DNA of 64,000 bases, from positions 1-64,000 of IMG/VR virus record IMGVR_UViG_3300028549_001461, one strand, 5' to 3'. Shown here piece by piece: positions 10,037-20,800 of the stretch. Numbering within the stretch: position 1 is the stretch's first letter; each line of letters starts with the position of its first letter. Both the position numbers and the translations under genes were made by a program. This DNA is from a virus. The notes beneath the pieces were generated by a model. The model was not told the DNA's origin, ran no database searches, and was given only the letters and a program-made list of their open reading frames with translations.

Positions 10037-10777
10037 ATGGATAAGAAAGAATTTAGTACGGATGGTTTAAGAAGTTTTTTTAATACAAGAAAAGAAACTA
10101 CATATTATATTATTTCTCCTTCAGCAGAAGATATACGTGGTGCTGATTGGGAATATAGTAAGTCTTACACAAAAAGTTTGGTAGCTGGCATTACCACAAC
10201 TGCAGAAATGACTGATATACTTATGCGAAGGGGTATTATAGGACCTGAGTTTGAGAAGAGGTCTAATGAATTGGCAGCTGAGTTATCAAATAAAATAGAA
10301 GCTTTAAATAAAGCCACTAACTCTCAAGAAAAAGCTGAGTTAGCTTATAAAGTCTCTACTGCACGTGATGAACTTTTTCAATGGAATCAAAGATTATCTG
10401 CTCCTTTAGGTAACACATGTGAGCAAATGGCCGATGACTCTCGTCTAGAATACCTAACTTCCAGACTAATTGTCACAGAGACTGGTGCACGTCTTTGGGA
10501 GACTTTTGAAAATTATTTAACTGAGAAAGACCAATCTTTAGCTCAACAGGCAAGATTTCAAGTTATGTTGTATCTACAAGGACTTGACAGCAATTTCTTG
10601 GAAAACACCCCAGAAGCTACTGCTATGCGTGAGATAGAAGAGGAAGCCTCTCTACAAATAATTAAAGATCTTACATCTTTAACTGAGGAAGCGCCTATTG
10701 AAGACGTAGTAGTTGAAGACGCCCCAGAGGCTGTTAAAGTAGACAAGGTAGTAAAAAAAGTCACAAAAAAATCATAA
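10037..10777 (+). CDS. Putative tail assembly chaperone 1
   Basis: ATG at 10037 with GGGAG SD preferred over the TTG at 10001; helical with acidic/Lys-rich tail; lies between tube and TMP genes. Confidence 0.6.
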   Translation: MDKKEFSTDGLRSFFNTRKETTYYIISPSAEDIRGADWEYSKSYTKSLVAGITTTAEMTDILMRRGIIGPEFEKRSNELAAELSNKIEALNKATNSQEKAELAYKVSTARDELFQWNQRLSAPLGNTCEQMADDSRLEYLTSRLIVTETGARLWETFENYLTEKDQSLAQQARFQVMLYLQGLDSNFLENTPEATAMREIEEEASLQIIKDLTSLTEEAPIEDVVVEDAPEAVKVDKVVKKVTKKS

Positions 10778-10791
10778 TAATCTAACATATA

Positions 10792-10822
10792 TAGTACAAA
10801 TACTTAATAACTATTTGTACTA
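10792..10822. promoter_or_regulatory. Intergenic inverted repeat (hairpin)
   Basis: TAGTACAAATA-N9-TATTTGTACTA, perfect 11-bp stem ending 7 nt before the ATG at 10830. Confidence 0.5.
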
Positions 10823-10829
10823 AATTATT

Positions 10830-11882
10830 ATGGAGATATCATACGAAGAAGTAGATTTACTTATTAGAAAGATAGCTCTTGGTCAAGGTTTAATTTATTT
10901 GGATAATAGTTTCTTAAGTATCTATTATCCAAATAATATTTTAAAAATTAAATCTAAACAACTAAGAGATTTTTCTTATAACAGTGCTATAAAGGATGGT
11001 TTGTTGCCCAAAGAACATCTAGAGAAACTAATTTTGTCTAGGGGTATTTTCTCAGAAACTGATGAGGCAACTGTTGAAAGAATCAACTCTAAAATTAGTG
11101 CACAAGAAATACTTCTAGCTAAAACTTTGAAAGTTAGAGCTAATCAAGATAGAATTAAAAAAACTATATCTGAATTACAAAACGAGTTATCCACATTATT
11201 AGTTAAGAAGTACTCAAAACTTTACATGTCGGCAGATAATAAAGCCGACGAAGATATGTATGGTTATATGTGTAGTGAATGTGTTTTTAATGATAAGGGT
11301 GAAAGGTATTGGCCCACACATAAAGACTTTTTAGACTATAGAGATATACCAAGTAAAAACATGATATTTTCTTCTTTTATGGATTTGATGAAAGGTATGG
11401 ACACTACTACCATACGTTATATAGCCAGAAGTAATTTATGGAGAATACGTTATACAACCAGTTTAAAAACATCTGAACCTTTGTTTGGAGTACCTTTAGT
11501 TGATTATACTTCCGATCAGTTAAGTTTAATTTATTGGTCTAATTATTATGAACAGATTTACTCAATGTTGACATCGGATAGACCATCAGAAAGCGTTATT
11601 GAAGATGATGAAGAATTAGATAAGTTTATGACTGATTATTATAAAGAAATGAATAATGAATCTTCTATAAGAAGAGACCAAAAAAATAAAAATAAATTTA
11701 ATTTAGGTTTGTCAGCTTTAGATTCAGACGAGGTTATTATAACACAGTCCAATTCTTTGTATCTGGACATTGATTATGATAAACCAAGAGAAGCTCAGAA
11801 GATAAAAGATAAAACAGATATAAAGAAAAAAGCAATACCTAATAAAGCGGCATATATTTCTAATAAAAAATTAGGAGGGTAA
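10830..11882 (+). CDS. Putative tail assembly chaperone 2 (paralog of the previous gene with a C-terminal extension)
   Basis: 350 aa; aligns by eye with 10037-10777; directly upstream of the TMP. Confidence 0.6.
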   Translation: MEISYEEVDLLIRKIALGQGLIYLDNSFLSIYYPNNILKIKSKQLRDFSYNSAIKDGLLPKEHLEKLILSRGIFSETDEATVERINSKISAQEILLAKTLKVRANQDRIKKTISELQNELSTLLVKKYSKLYMSADNKADEDMYGYMCSECVFNDKGERYWPTHKDFLDYRDIPSKNMIFSSFMDLMKGMDTTTIRYIARSNLWRIRYTTSLKTSEPLFGVPLVDYTSDQLSLIYWSNYYEQIYSMLTSDRPSESVIEDDEELDKFMTDYYKEMNNESSIRRDQKNKNKFNLGLSALDSDEVIITQSNSLYLDIDYDKPREAQKIKDKTDIKKKAIPNKAAYISNKKLGG

Positions 11883-11886
11883 ACTA

Positions 11887-14800
11887 TTGGCTGGTATAAG
11901 TGAGCATTTAATTAAGATCCTGGTGAAGTCAGAAAGTGGTTCTGGCCCTGTTCATGAATCTCTAGATGTCAGTAGTATTAGTAATGCTGTAGAAAGTACC
12001 ATAAGTGCTTCTATTAAGTCTATGGAAGCTTCTATTGGTGACACTTTAAGCAAGGCTTTGACTACTGCTACATCAGCTAATTCAAAAAATCCTTCCGATA
12101 ATTCTGGCTTTGTCAGAACATTAACTAAAGAAATAAAAGGCTCTATTGTCGAGATTGTAAATAAATCAGCTTCTGGTGAACTTCCTACATCGTCTGTTGA
12201 TATTAGGAAAGAAGTTACATCTGCTATAGAAAGTATTCTTACAAAGAAGCTTGAAGGTTATTTCAAAGCAAATAACGTCGATAAGACTGAAAGTGCTTCC
12301 AAGAAAGTTATAAAAAGTGTATCTTCAAGTATTTCAAGTGCTGAGCTATCCGGTATAGCTAAAGTAGCTCAAGAACTTTCTGGTATTCTAAAACAACTTT
12401 CTGTTATTACTGGTTTACTGACAAAAAATACCACAGATAGTACAAAAGACAGTACTTCTGTAACATCAACTACTGTAGAAAATATTATAGGTAGTAAAAA
12501 ACTAGTTAAAATACAGGAGAATCAAACAAAGGTAGTATCTAATGTAGGTACTGCTGATTACAAGGGGGCTTCTTCAGAATTATCTAAATTAAATGCAAAA
12601 TATGCCAAACTGCAAAAAGATTTAGAAAGTAATGTAGAATTAACTGTGGTAGTAAACACAGACCAAGCTGAGAAAGATATAGCGGAGTTTACAAAAAACC
12701 AGGCCGCTGTTATAGACGTAGATGTCGACACTACTGGTGCGCAAAGTAAGATAGATAAAGTACTTACTCAAGATCCTCTTTTCCTTAACATAGACTTACA
12801 AAATGAAGATATTACCAGTATTTTTGATAAAATAAGTAATATTCAAAAAAAGGTTAAAGTTCTTGGTTCTAATGGTATAAAGGTAGGTGTTGACACAACT
12901 GCTTTACAAGATTTGCAGAATATGCTTTTGCAGTTGGTACAAGACTATGATTATGTAAAAAGTGCCTTAGGTCAGCAGCAGAAAACATTAAAAACAACTT
13001 TATCTACTAGTCATTCTAAGGAAGCTATTAGCGCGTTACCCCCACAAGAACAACCAGCAGCGGAAAAAGCTGCCAAATTTTATGGTAACAAATATAAACA
13101 AATAGACGCTATACTTTCAGGTTTACATAAAGTAGCAGATAGAAAACCTGAATATTTTAATGATGAACAGCAAAGTAGACCAAGCAGTTCTTTAGCTATT
13201 AATCATTTTAGACATATAGGATCTGTGTCTAATATATCTGAGGCCTTGCAAAACAAAAATGTTACTCCTTGGGTAACAGCCAATGATACACAAAAAACTC
13301 GTAATTCAGCTGTTGAAAGTATTAAGAATATACAAGACACCTCCGGTGTAGTTAATAATATTATACAGCAACTTAACAGCAATCCAGAGACAAAGGCTTT
13401 AATAGTTGCCTTAGAAAAAAATACTAATGCTAATATTGCTGGTACCAGAGCTCAGAATACTCAAGCTAAAACTAATGCTTCCAGTAGTACTACTGCTTTA
13501 AGAGACTATAGATATGACATAAAATATCCTGCTGGTATTATAAAGCCAGGTGAGAAGTACATGCCTGCTGATAAGCCTAATAATGAATATGAACTAAAAG
13601 TATATGATAATTTAGATAGATTGGCCTCATCTTTAGATGAACTTCAGAAATTCATATATGCTAAAGTTAAATTTGGCTTATCAAAGCAAAGTAAGTATGA
13701 ATCTTGGAAAGTTGTAGAAGACCCTGAAGCCAAAGGGCCGAGGAGTGCTTTTAATGTCAGAGGCCGTGATTGGGCCATGGATATAGTAGACGCAAAAAAA
13801 CTAAGTAGTTTGACAGGTAAAGAAGGGTCTCCTAAAGAGCTTTTGAAAAGTTACACTAGCATATTAACTAATAGTATGCTTGAAAAAAAGGGCGTTACTG
13901 TAGATTCACCTTCTGTAAAGAAAGAAATATCTGCATGGCTGACTAATAATATTAAAGCTGTTGGTGGAGTAGAGAATCTGTCAGATGAGGTAAAAAGTTC
14001 TCTAGGAAAAGTTCTTGTAGACTTAAATGGTATAAAAAAAGTAACTAAGACAGAAGTATCCAAAGCTTTAAAAAATACACCAAAAGAAGATCTAGAATCA
14101 ATATATGCAAATACAGTTGGTTTTTCAGATATTCAAAAACAACTTTCAGTTGTTAGACGTACTATAGCTATTCCAGCAGCTAAGCTTACTAATACAGGTA
14201 GCACTGTTCTTGAAACTAAAGGTGGAAGCCAAAGATCTACTTTAAATGTGGCTGCTTATAAAACAGGGCATGAGAGATTTTTTGATACTTACTTAACTAA
14301 AGTTACTGATCGCATTAAAGGTCTACCAGAAGAACAACAAGAAGCAGCCAGACAAAACAAAGCTGGTGAACTACAGCTACTATCAAAAGCAGTAAGAACT
14401 ATAGCGTTTGACACCAACGAAAAACAACCTATTTCACCAAAAATTGATGTTAGTTACGAACAAGCTTCAAGAAAGCTACTTTCAAAAGCTGCTTCTGCTG
14501 ACGTTGACGCGCCTACACTTGCAGAAACTGCTGATATTTATAGAAAAGCACTTGTACCTATAAGTATAGAAAGGCAAAGAATAACCAGAGGTACTGGATA
14601 TGAGTTAGATGCCCCTACAGAATTTTCTGACCTCAGCACTAAAATGAACACTGCTTTAAATTCATCAACATCTATAGATGACTTTATGGATAAGATGAAT
14701 GCCCTTGGTATATCTGCTACAAAGGTTCTACGCTCTTTTGATTCTTTAGACTTTTCAAATATGTATGACACCATCGCACATGCTACCAGTAGTAAAATAG

Positions 14801-17800
14801 ATGATATAGTTAGTAATATTGCTACCTCTACCGGGGCTTTAGGAGAATTTGAAAAGATTATAGGTACCTTAGAAGGAGCTATGCCTATAGCTGGTAATAA
14901 TACTCCTAGAAGGGCTATGCATCAAGGTGATGTTGTATCAACAGTATCTAATTTTTCTAAGGCGTTCTCTGGTCAGCATCTACCAGAAGCGCTAGAAGAC
15001 ATGGAAGCAGAGGATAGTGCTTTTAACACAGACAGTAAACGTAAGAAAGCTTTTATAACAAATCAAAATAGAAGATTTTCACAATTATTTTATGAAAGTC
15101 AAAACCTAGATTTGAAAGAATTTGCTGGTATACCAGAAGTTGAGCCTAGAAAAAGATATTTAAATGTTGGACTACATAAACAATTATCAAGTTTAGGGCT
15201 ACCTGAATCTACAGCTAGTGACTTAGTGGATGATGATAATACTAAAGGTGTACGTGGTAGATCTTTACCTATGTATACTGGTAATCTTAGAGAGATAGCT
15301 CCATTTTCTCTTGAGTATCAACAAACTGGTAGGAATATATCAGGTATTTCTTCAGCTAAAGGTTTTGATGCTGGTTTATTTCCAAAAGTGCATGGTTTGA
15401 AATCAGAAATGCCTAGGTTGAGATCTGAATCTGAAGATAAGGTAATTCAAGCAGGTAGATTTGGTACTTCTGGTGTTGGTTACAACGTATTGGCTGAACT
15501 ACGACACACTGCTGGTACTTTTGAAGATCAAATATTGGTTTCTGGTAAGTTAGCTGACGCAGCTACTACAGCTGTTAAAAAACTTATTAGACCTAAAGCT
15601 GAAGCTGGTAAAGCAACACCACTAAAAGCGCATGTTTTAAAAGATGCTGATATAGAAGACGCAAGTACTAAAATTATGTCTATTATGGGTGTTGAGGAAG
15701 AATACAAAAGGCGCCCAACTAAAGCCTTCATGTCAGATGTTAGAAATGAGGTTATGACTAATAGAGGCTCTTCTGTAGAAGTACAAACAGCTAAACTTGC
15801 TGAATTATTTTTAAATCATTTTGGTAGGAAACTTACGACCAGATATGGTTCTAAGGGTGTTTCTGTCACTCCTACAACTCCGTCTACTTTAGGACAAATA
15901 CTTGCAGAAAATAAAGGTACTTCTGTTAAAGTTCTTCCAGGGGACGAGGGTAAGAAAGCTGCTCTTGGTGTTGCTCTTATGCCAAAATCTATGGGTGAGT
16001 TATCTGCTGATATTTTAAATCAACAACCTAAAAAAATTAAAACTAAAATATCTAAAGATTTAGGTATAAGTGTTGATACCTTAGCTAACGACCTAAAAGA
16101 ATCAGGAAATAAATTTATATTAGATATATTCACAAATGCACAAAGAGGTTTAGTTACAGAAACAGAAGAAACCAAGAATGCGCTTAACTTTGAAAAAGCA
16201 AAGAAGGCTTTTAAACATTTAGGCATTACTCTTGAGAAAGATGCTGTTGGTATAGAAGCTATTAAAACAGCACATACTGGTGATAAAACAGTAGCTAAAG
16301 CTATCGATGTACGTATAAGTTCATATGGCGCCGCCAAGCGAGGTCTTCAGACAGAACCTTTAGAGATGATTACTAATAATTTAGCTGGAAGTTCTGAAAA
16401 AGAAACTGTTATACAAAATACAGTAAAAGACCAGAAAAATAAGTTAATTTCAGGTAAGGGTGCTGCTTTTAGTAAATTTAGTAAGTTGCTTGGTTTCTCA
16501 GACTCAGGTAAGGATGAGAAAGAAATCAGGGAAAGAATCGAAGCTATGTTTAGTGAAAAAGATAAGGAGAAGAAAAGCGTACAAGAAACTATAAATGCTA
16601 TGATAGAGTTAGAAAGTAACTCTAGTTTTTACGTAGATGTTATTGATGAACTAGACAGTAGCAAAAAAAGAAAAAGTTTAGTAGGCGAAAAGTTTTTAAC
16701 AATAGTTGAAGAAGCCACACAAACTGAAGAGTGGTCTAAGGGAGCTATTGAGGCTTTAAGTAAGGGTCTTAAATTAAATATACCTGCTTACTCAGCTTTT
16801 ACCACTATTTTTGGTCAAGATTCTGAATTTATGACCAACCTTAATGATACTTTCACCGATAAACAATCAGAGCATTATGATAATATTTTAACATATTTAA
16901 TGCAAAGTAATGCAGAATACCAGCAAAAATTTTTGGGATCTTTACAAGAAATAGATATTAAAAAATTAAATTCTATAAACAAAGATGCTTCAAAAACTTT
17001 TGAAGAGGGCGTCCCAGGGTCTTTGTTAGGTACAATTTTTGATACTGATAAACTTCCAGGAGCTTATAAAACTAAACTACCCTCTACTGTATCCAAAGAC
17101 GCACCAGGTGAGGATTTTTATATTCCTAGGTCTATTTCAAGAACTACTTTTGCAGACCCTACTGAAGCAGGTGCTTACGGTATAAAAACTAATGCGGGCA
17201 AACTTCAAGAAGTTATAGAAAAGGCTAGATCTTTGGAAGCTTTTTATTCAAAAGACCCAAGTCTTTTACTAGATAGTGATGTTCAAGGTATGTCTCAAAC
17301 TTTTGGTTCCCGCACAAGTAAAGATTTAAGAGAGTTTGTAAACACCACAGGTGTAGAAACAAAATCTCATAAAGTTGACCAAGATATGTTGGACACCGTT
17401 AAAAAAGATCTTCTTGGTATACTTGAAGATTTGGCGGCTGATGGACAAATTTCTAAAGATCCACATTCTCTTGACAAGTTTACTAAAACATTCTACAACA
17501 GGGGGGAAAATTCTTCTGGTAAGTTAACTGGCAACAACAGCAGTCAGATGGATTTACTTAAACATTTACAGACACCAGAAGGTTTTGGTTCTCCAACTGC
17601 TTTAGCAGCTATGAAGAATTTATTGGTAGGTACTGGTAAACCAGGACCAGACCAAAGTGTACTTGGGAGATCTACTGACAAGGCTACAAAATTAAAAATA
17701 ATGGAGCGTACTTCAGCAGCTCTTAATGGTGGTAATACAGACAAAATATTTAATTACGGCGGTTTTGAAAATGCCACTTCTGAGGAACAATATGATTTCC

Positions 17801-20800
17801 AGGTTTCTAAAAGACAACAAGATTTAGAAGATGCTAAAGCGAATTACAACCAAAGTTTAAAAAGAACTATGGTTGGTAAACAAGGCTCAGTAGCTCGTAC
17901 CTACTTCACACGTAATTTACCTGCAGTATTAGCTAAAGCCGTTAACGCTACTGTAGACAAAACAGAAGAATTAACAGCTTTTTCTGAAGCACTTAGTGCT
18001 ATAGAGGGTGTTGATTTATCATCCGAATTAGGAAAAATATCTACGTTAACTTCAGAACATGCGTCTAATGTTGAGAAATATAGAAACCAAGGTATGCCTG
18101 TATTAAAACAACATGAAATAGGTATGTCTGAAAAAATGGCAGAAAAGCTTAAAGTAAACTTTACTAAGAAGTATGATGAAGAATCAGGTATGCCTTTAGG
18201 TAAGCTTCAAAAAGAAACCAATGGTTCTTTAAAAGATTTATTATCTTACGGTGATACTTTAAAAGAAACAGCTAATAAATATACAGACCCAAAATTAAAA
18301 GAGGAAATTTTTAATTATGTAGATACTGAATTAGCCCCCTATGTAGAAAGTGTTAGATTTCCTTTCACAGGTACTTCTTCTGTAAAACCATATAAAGCTA
18401 AATTAACTTCTACTGAAGGTAACATAGGAGATGAAGCTTTTATTGTTCCTGGAGCACCAGAGATGGACATGGGTGCCTTTGAGGAGGTTTACAACTCTAT
18501 ACAGGATAAAATAAAAAAACTTACTGGGGAAAGAGAAGAAGCACGATCTACAGGTGCTGACGACACAGCTGATGCTTTAACAATTACTATTGATAAACTT
18601 AATGATGCCTTATCTGCTGTACTCCCTAAGTATGTAGCTCATGCCCAGAAATTAGACTATGACGGTGACCAGCTTGAGATACACACCGCTAAAACTTCTG
18701 GGGCTCGTGGTGAAATTTACAAACATTTTAAAATGTTAACAGAAGATAATAAAACTACTTCTGGTAAATTTAGTGACTACTACGCATATGACGCAAAGCA
18801 GCCCTCTCAAGGTGACTTACCATTATCTTTTATGGCTAAAGCCTTTACCAAAAAATTCGATTCTTCAAAAGGTTATTCTTTCATGGATAAACCTTTTACT
18901 ACAGAGGATTTATCTTATTTATCCACAAAAGAAAAGATAGGTATATTAGCTAGTAAAGAACAAGAACTTAATGATGTTTCAAGTAGAGATGCTGTAGAAA
19001 ATGTTATGCGTTCTTTATTCGAAAAAGTAGGTGAAACTTTTACTGGGTTACCCGCAGGTGTTGTGGATTTGGATAAAGCTGCCGAAGAAGCTGCTTCAGC
19101 TTTAGAAGGTCTTAGTTTAAAATCAGCAAAAACTGGAGCCCTTGCTAAAGGATATCTTAAAGAAGAATTGCATGGTTCTAAAGAAGATACTGCTGTTAAT
19201 GCCCAATTGTTTAAGATTAATACTGGTTCTGATGTAGAAAGCATGACCAGATTAATGCGCGCTTATGAGCAAAGAAGAGGTTTCGGTAGTTCAGGTGGCG
19301 ACTTAGGTTTGTACGAAAGAACAAAGTCAGGAAAATTAAATAACGATTTTGTTGTGAGAGAACGTAATACACAATTGAATGAGTTTTTTAGATTTGCTGT
19401 ACAAAAAGGTATGGACGTTAAACACGCTGGTGAACAGCCAATAGCTGGAGAATTAGTAACTGGTGTAACAACAGGTAAAGTAGGTTTAGATAGTTTACTA
19501 CATAAATTAGAGAAAAAAGAAAGTTACAAAGATCTTAAAAAATTTAGTGATATTAATGAGGAATCTCTAAGAAGTACTTTTGGTAGATTTTCAACTACAG
19601 ACCTAAAAAAACAAGTTAAACAACTTAATCCTGCTCATTATAACGCAGGAAATGTTGATAAAATGCCAAGAGAGGAATTAATTAATTCTTTAGTAGGCCA
19701 TCTAGGTTTTAAAGGCTTTTTGAAAGAGTTGCAACTTACTATAGAAGAGCAAGCAGCACAAGGCTTAATGACCTTATCTCCTAAAATTAGAAATATAGAC
19801 CAAGGTAAGCATATATTAGCCAAAGGATATGCGAAAGGTGAGAGTATCGACATGTCTCGGCTGGTGACTAATCCACACGATCCTCTTTATAAATACAGAA
19901 CAGCTTCTGCAAAAGTTGGAGAGAATTTTGATGAGAAATTTCAAGGCGCACTTGCTTCTACAAAAACACCTTCTAGTAAAAAAGGCGCTTATGCTGAGTT
20001 GACTGGCACTTTTGATACTTTAAATAAAGACGGTATTGATGCATCCTCTTTTATAGCTATTAAAAAATTATTAGAAAGTAATGAGCTAAAATCAAGTAAT
20101 ACTTCTTTGAAACCTATAAAAGGTTTACTTGGTAATATGGAAAACAGATTGGGTCTTGCGCCTATATCAGATAGAGGAAGGGTTGCTTTACTTCAATCTC
20201 CAAAGCATATAGAATCACTATTAGATATACCAGAAGAGGCTTCCGATAAAGACCGTGCTAAAATAGAAAAATCTAATAGAAGATTAGATGAGATAGCTAT
20301 CGCTAAAGCAAGATTAGATCGTATTGCTGAAGTGGCTAACTACAATAAGAATGTGCTAACAACACCTGTAGATATTTCTATAGGTGATGACTCTAATAAA
20401 GAATTGGTAGAGAAAGCTGGCCTTGGTTCAGCTAAAGAATCAGCATCTGATACAGAGAAACTGTTTGAAGTACCTCCACCTATACAAGCACCTACTGCTC
20501 AACAGAATTTTACAGAGCCCTCAGAACAAGTTTTTGAACCACCTACTAATATAACAAGAACAAAGGTAAACGCACAAACTACTGAAAATGACTTTGAAAG
20601 TTTAATGGGCCCAGAGCCACCAATGCCAGGTAGTACTTCAGGTGGTGGTGTACAGCCTCCTGAGCCCCCAATGCCTGGTATTCCAAGTACATCTGCTGCT
20701 CCTTCGGGTTCGGCTCCTATATCAGTATTCTTAGAAGGTATGAACTCAAGTTTAGTTTTCCCTGTTAAACTTTTAGGTCAACTGTTATCTTCAGCGGCTA

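Noticed and set aside
10751-10830. A-run slippery sites (A AAA AAA) at the end of chaperone 1 as a G/G-T programmed frameshift
   Set aside because: The -1 frame stops at 10783-10785, and the frame of the next gene has TAA at 10821-10823, so no fusion is possible
14205-14260. VLETKGGSQRSTLN as the beta ETPEG motif
   Set aside because: Weak match and out of order relative to the candidate PRRAMH segment near 14905; not used as evidence
14900-19430. Host rpoB/rpoC operon or a chimeric assembly
   Set aside because: The motifs are highly diverged and lie in one uninterrupted ORF with the TMP core, with uniform composition; no ribosomal protein genes are nearby
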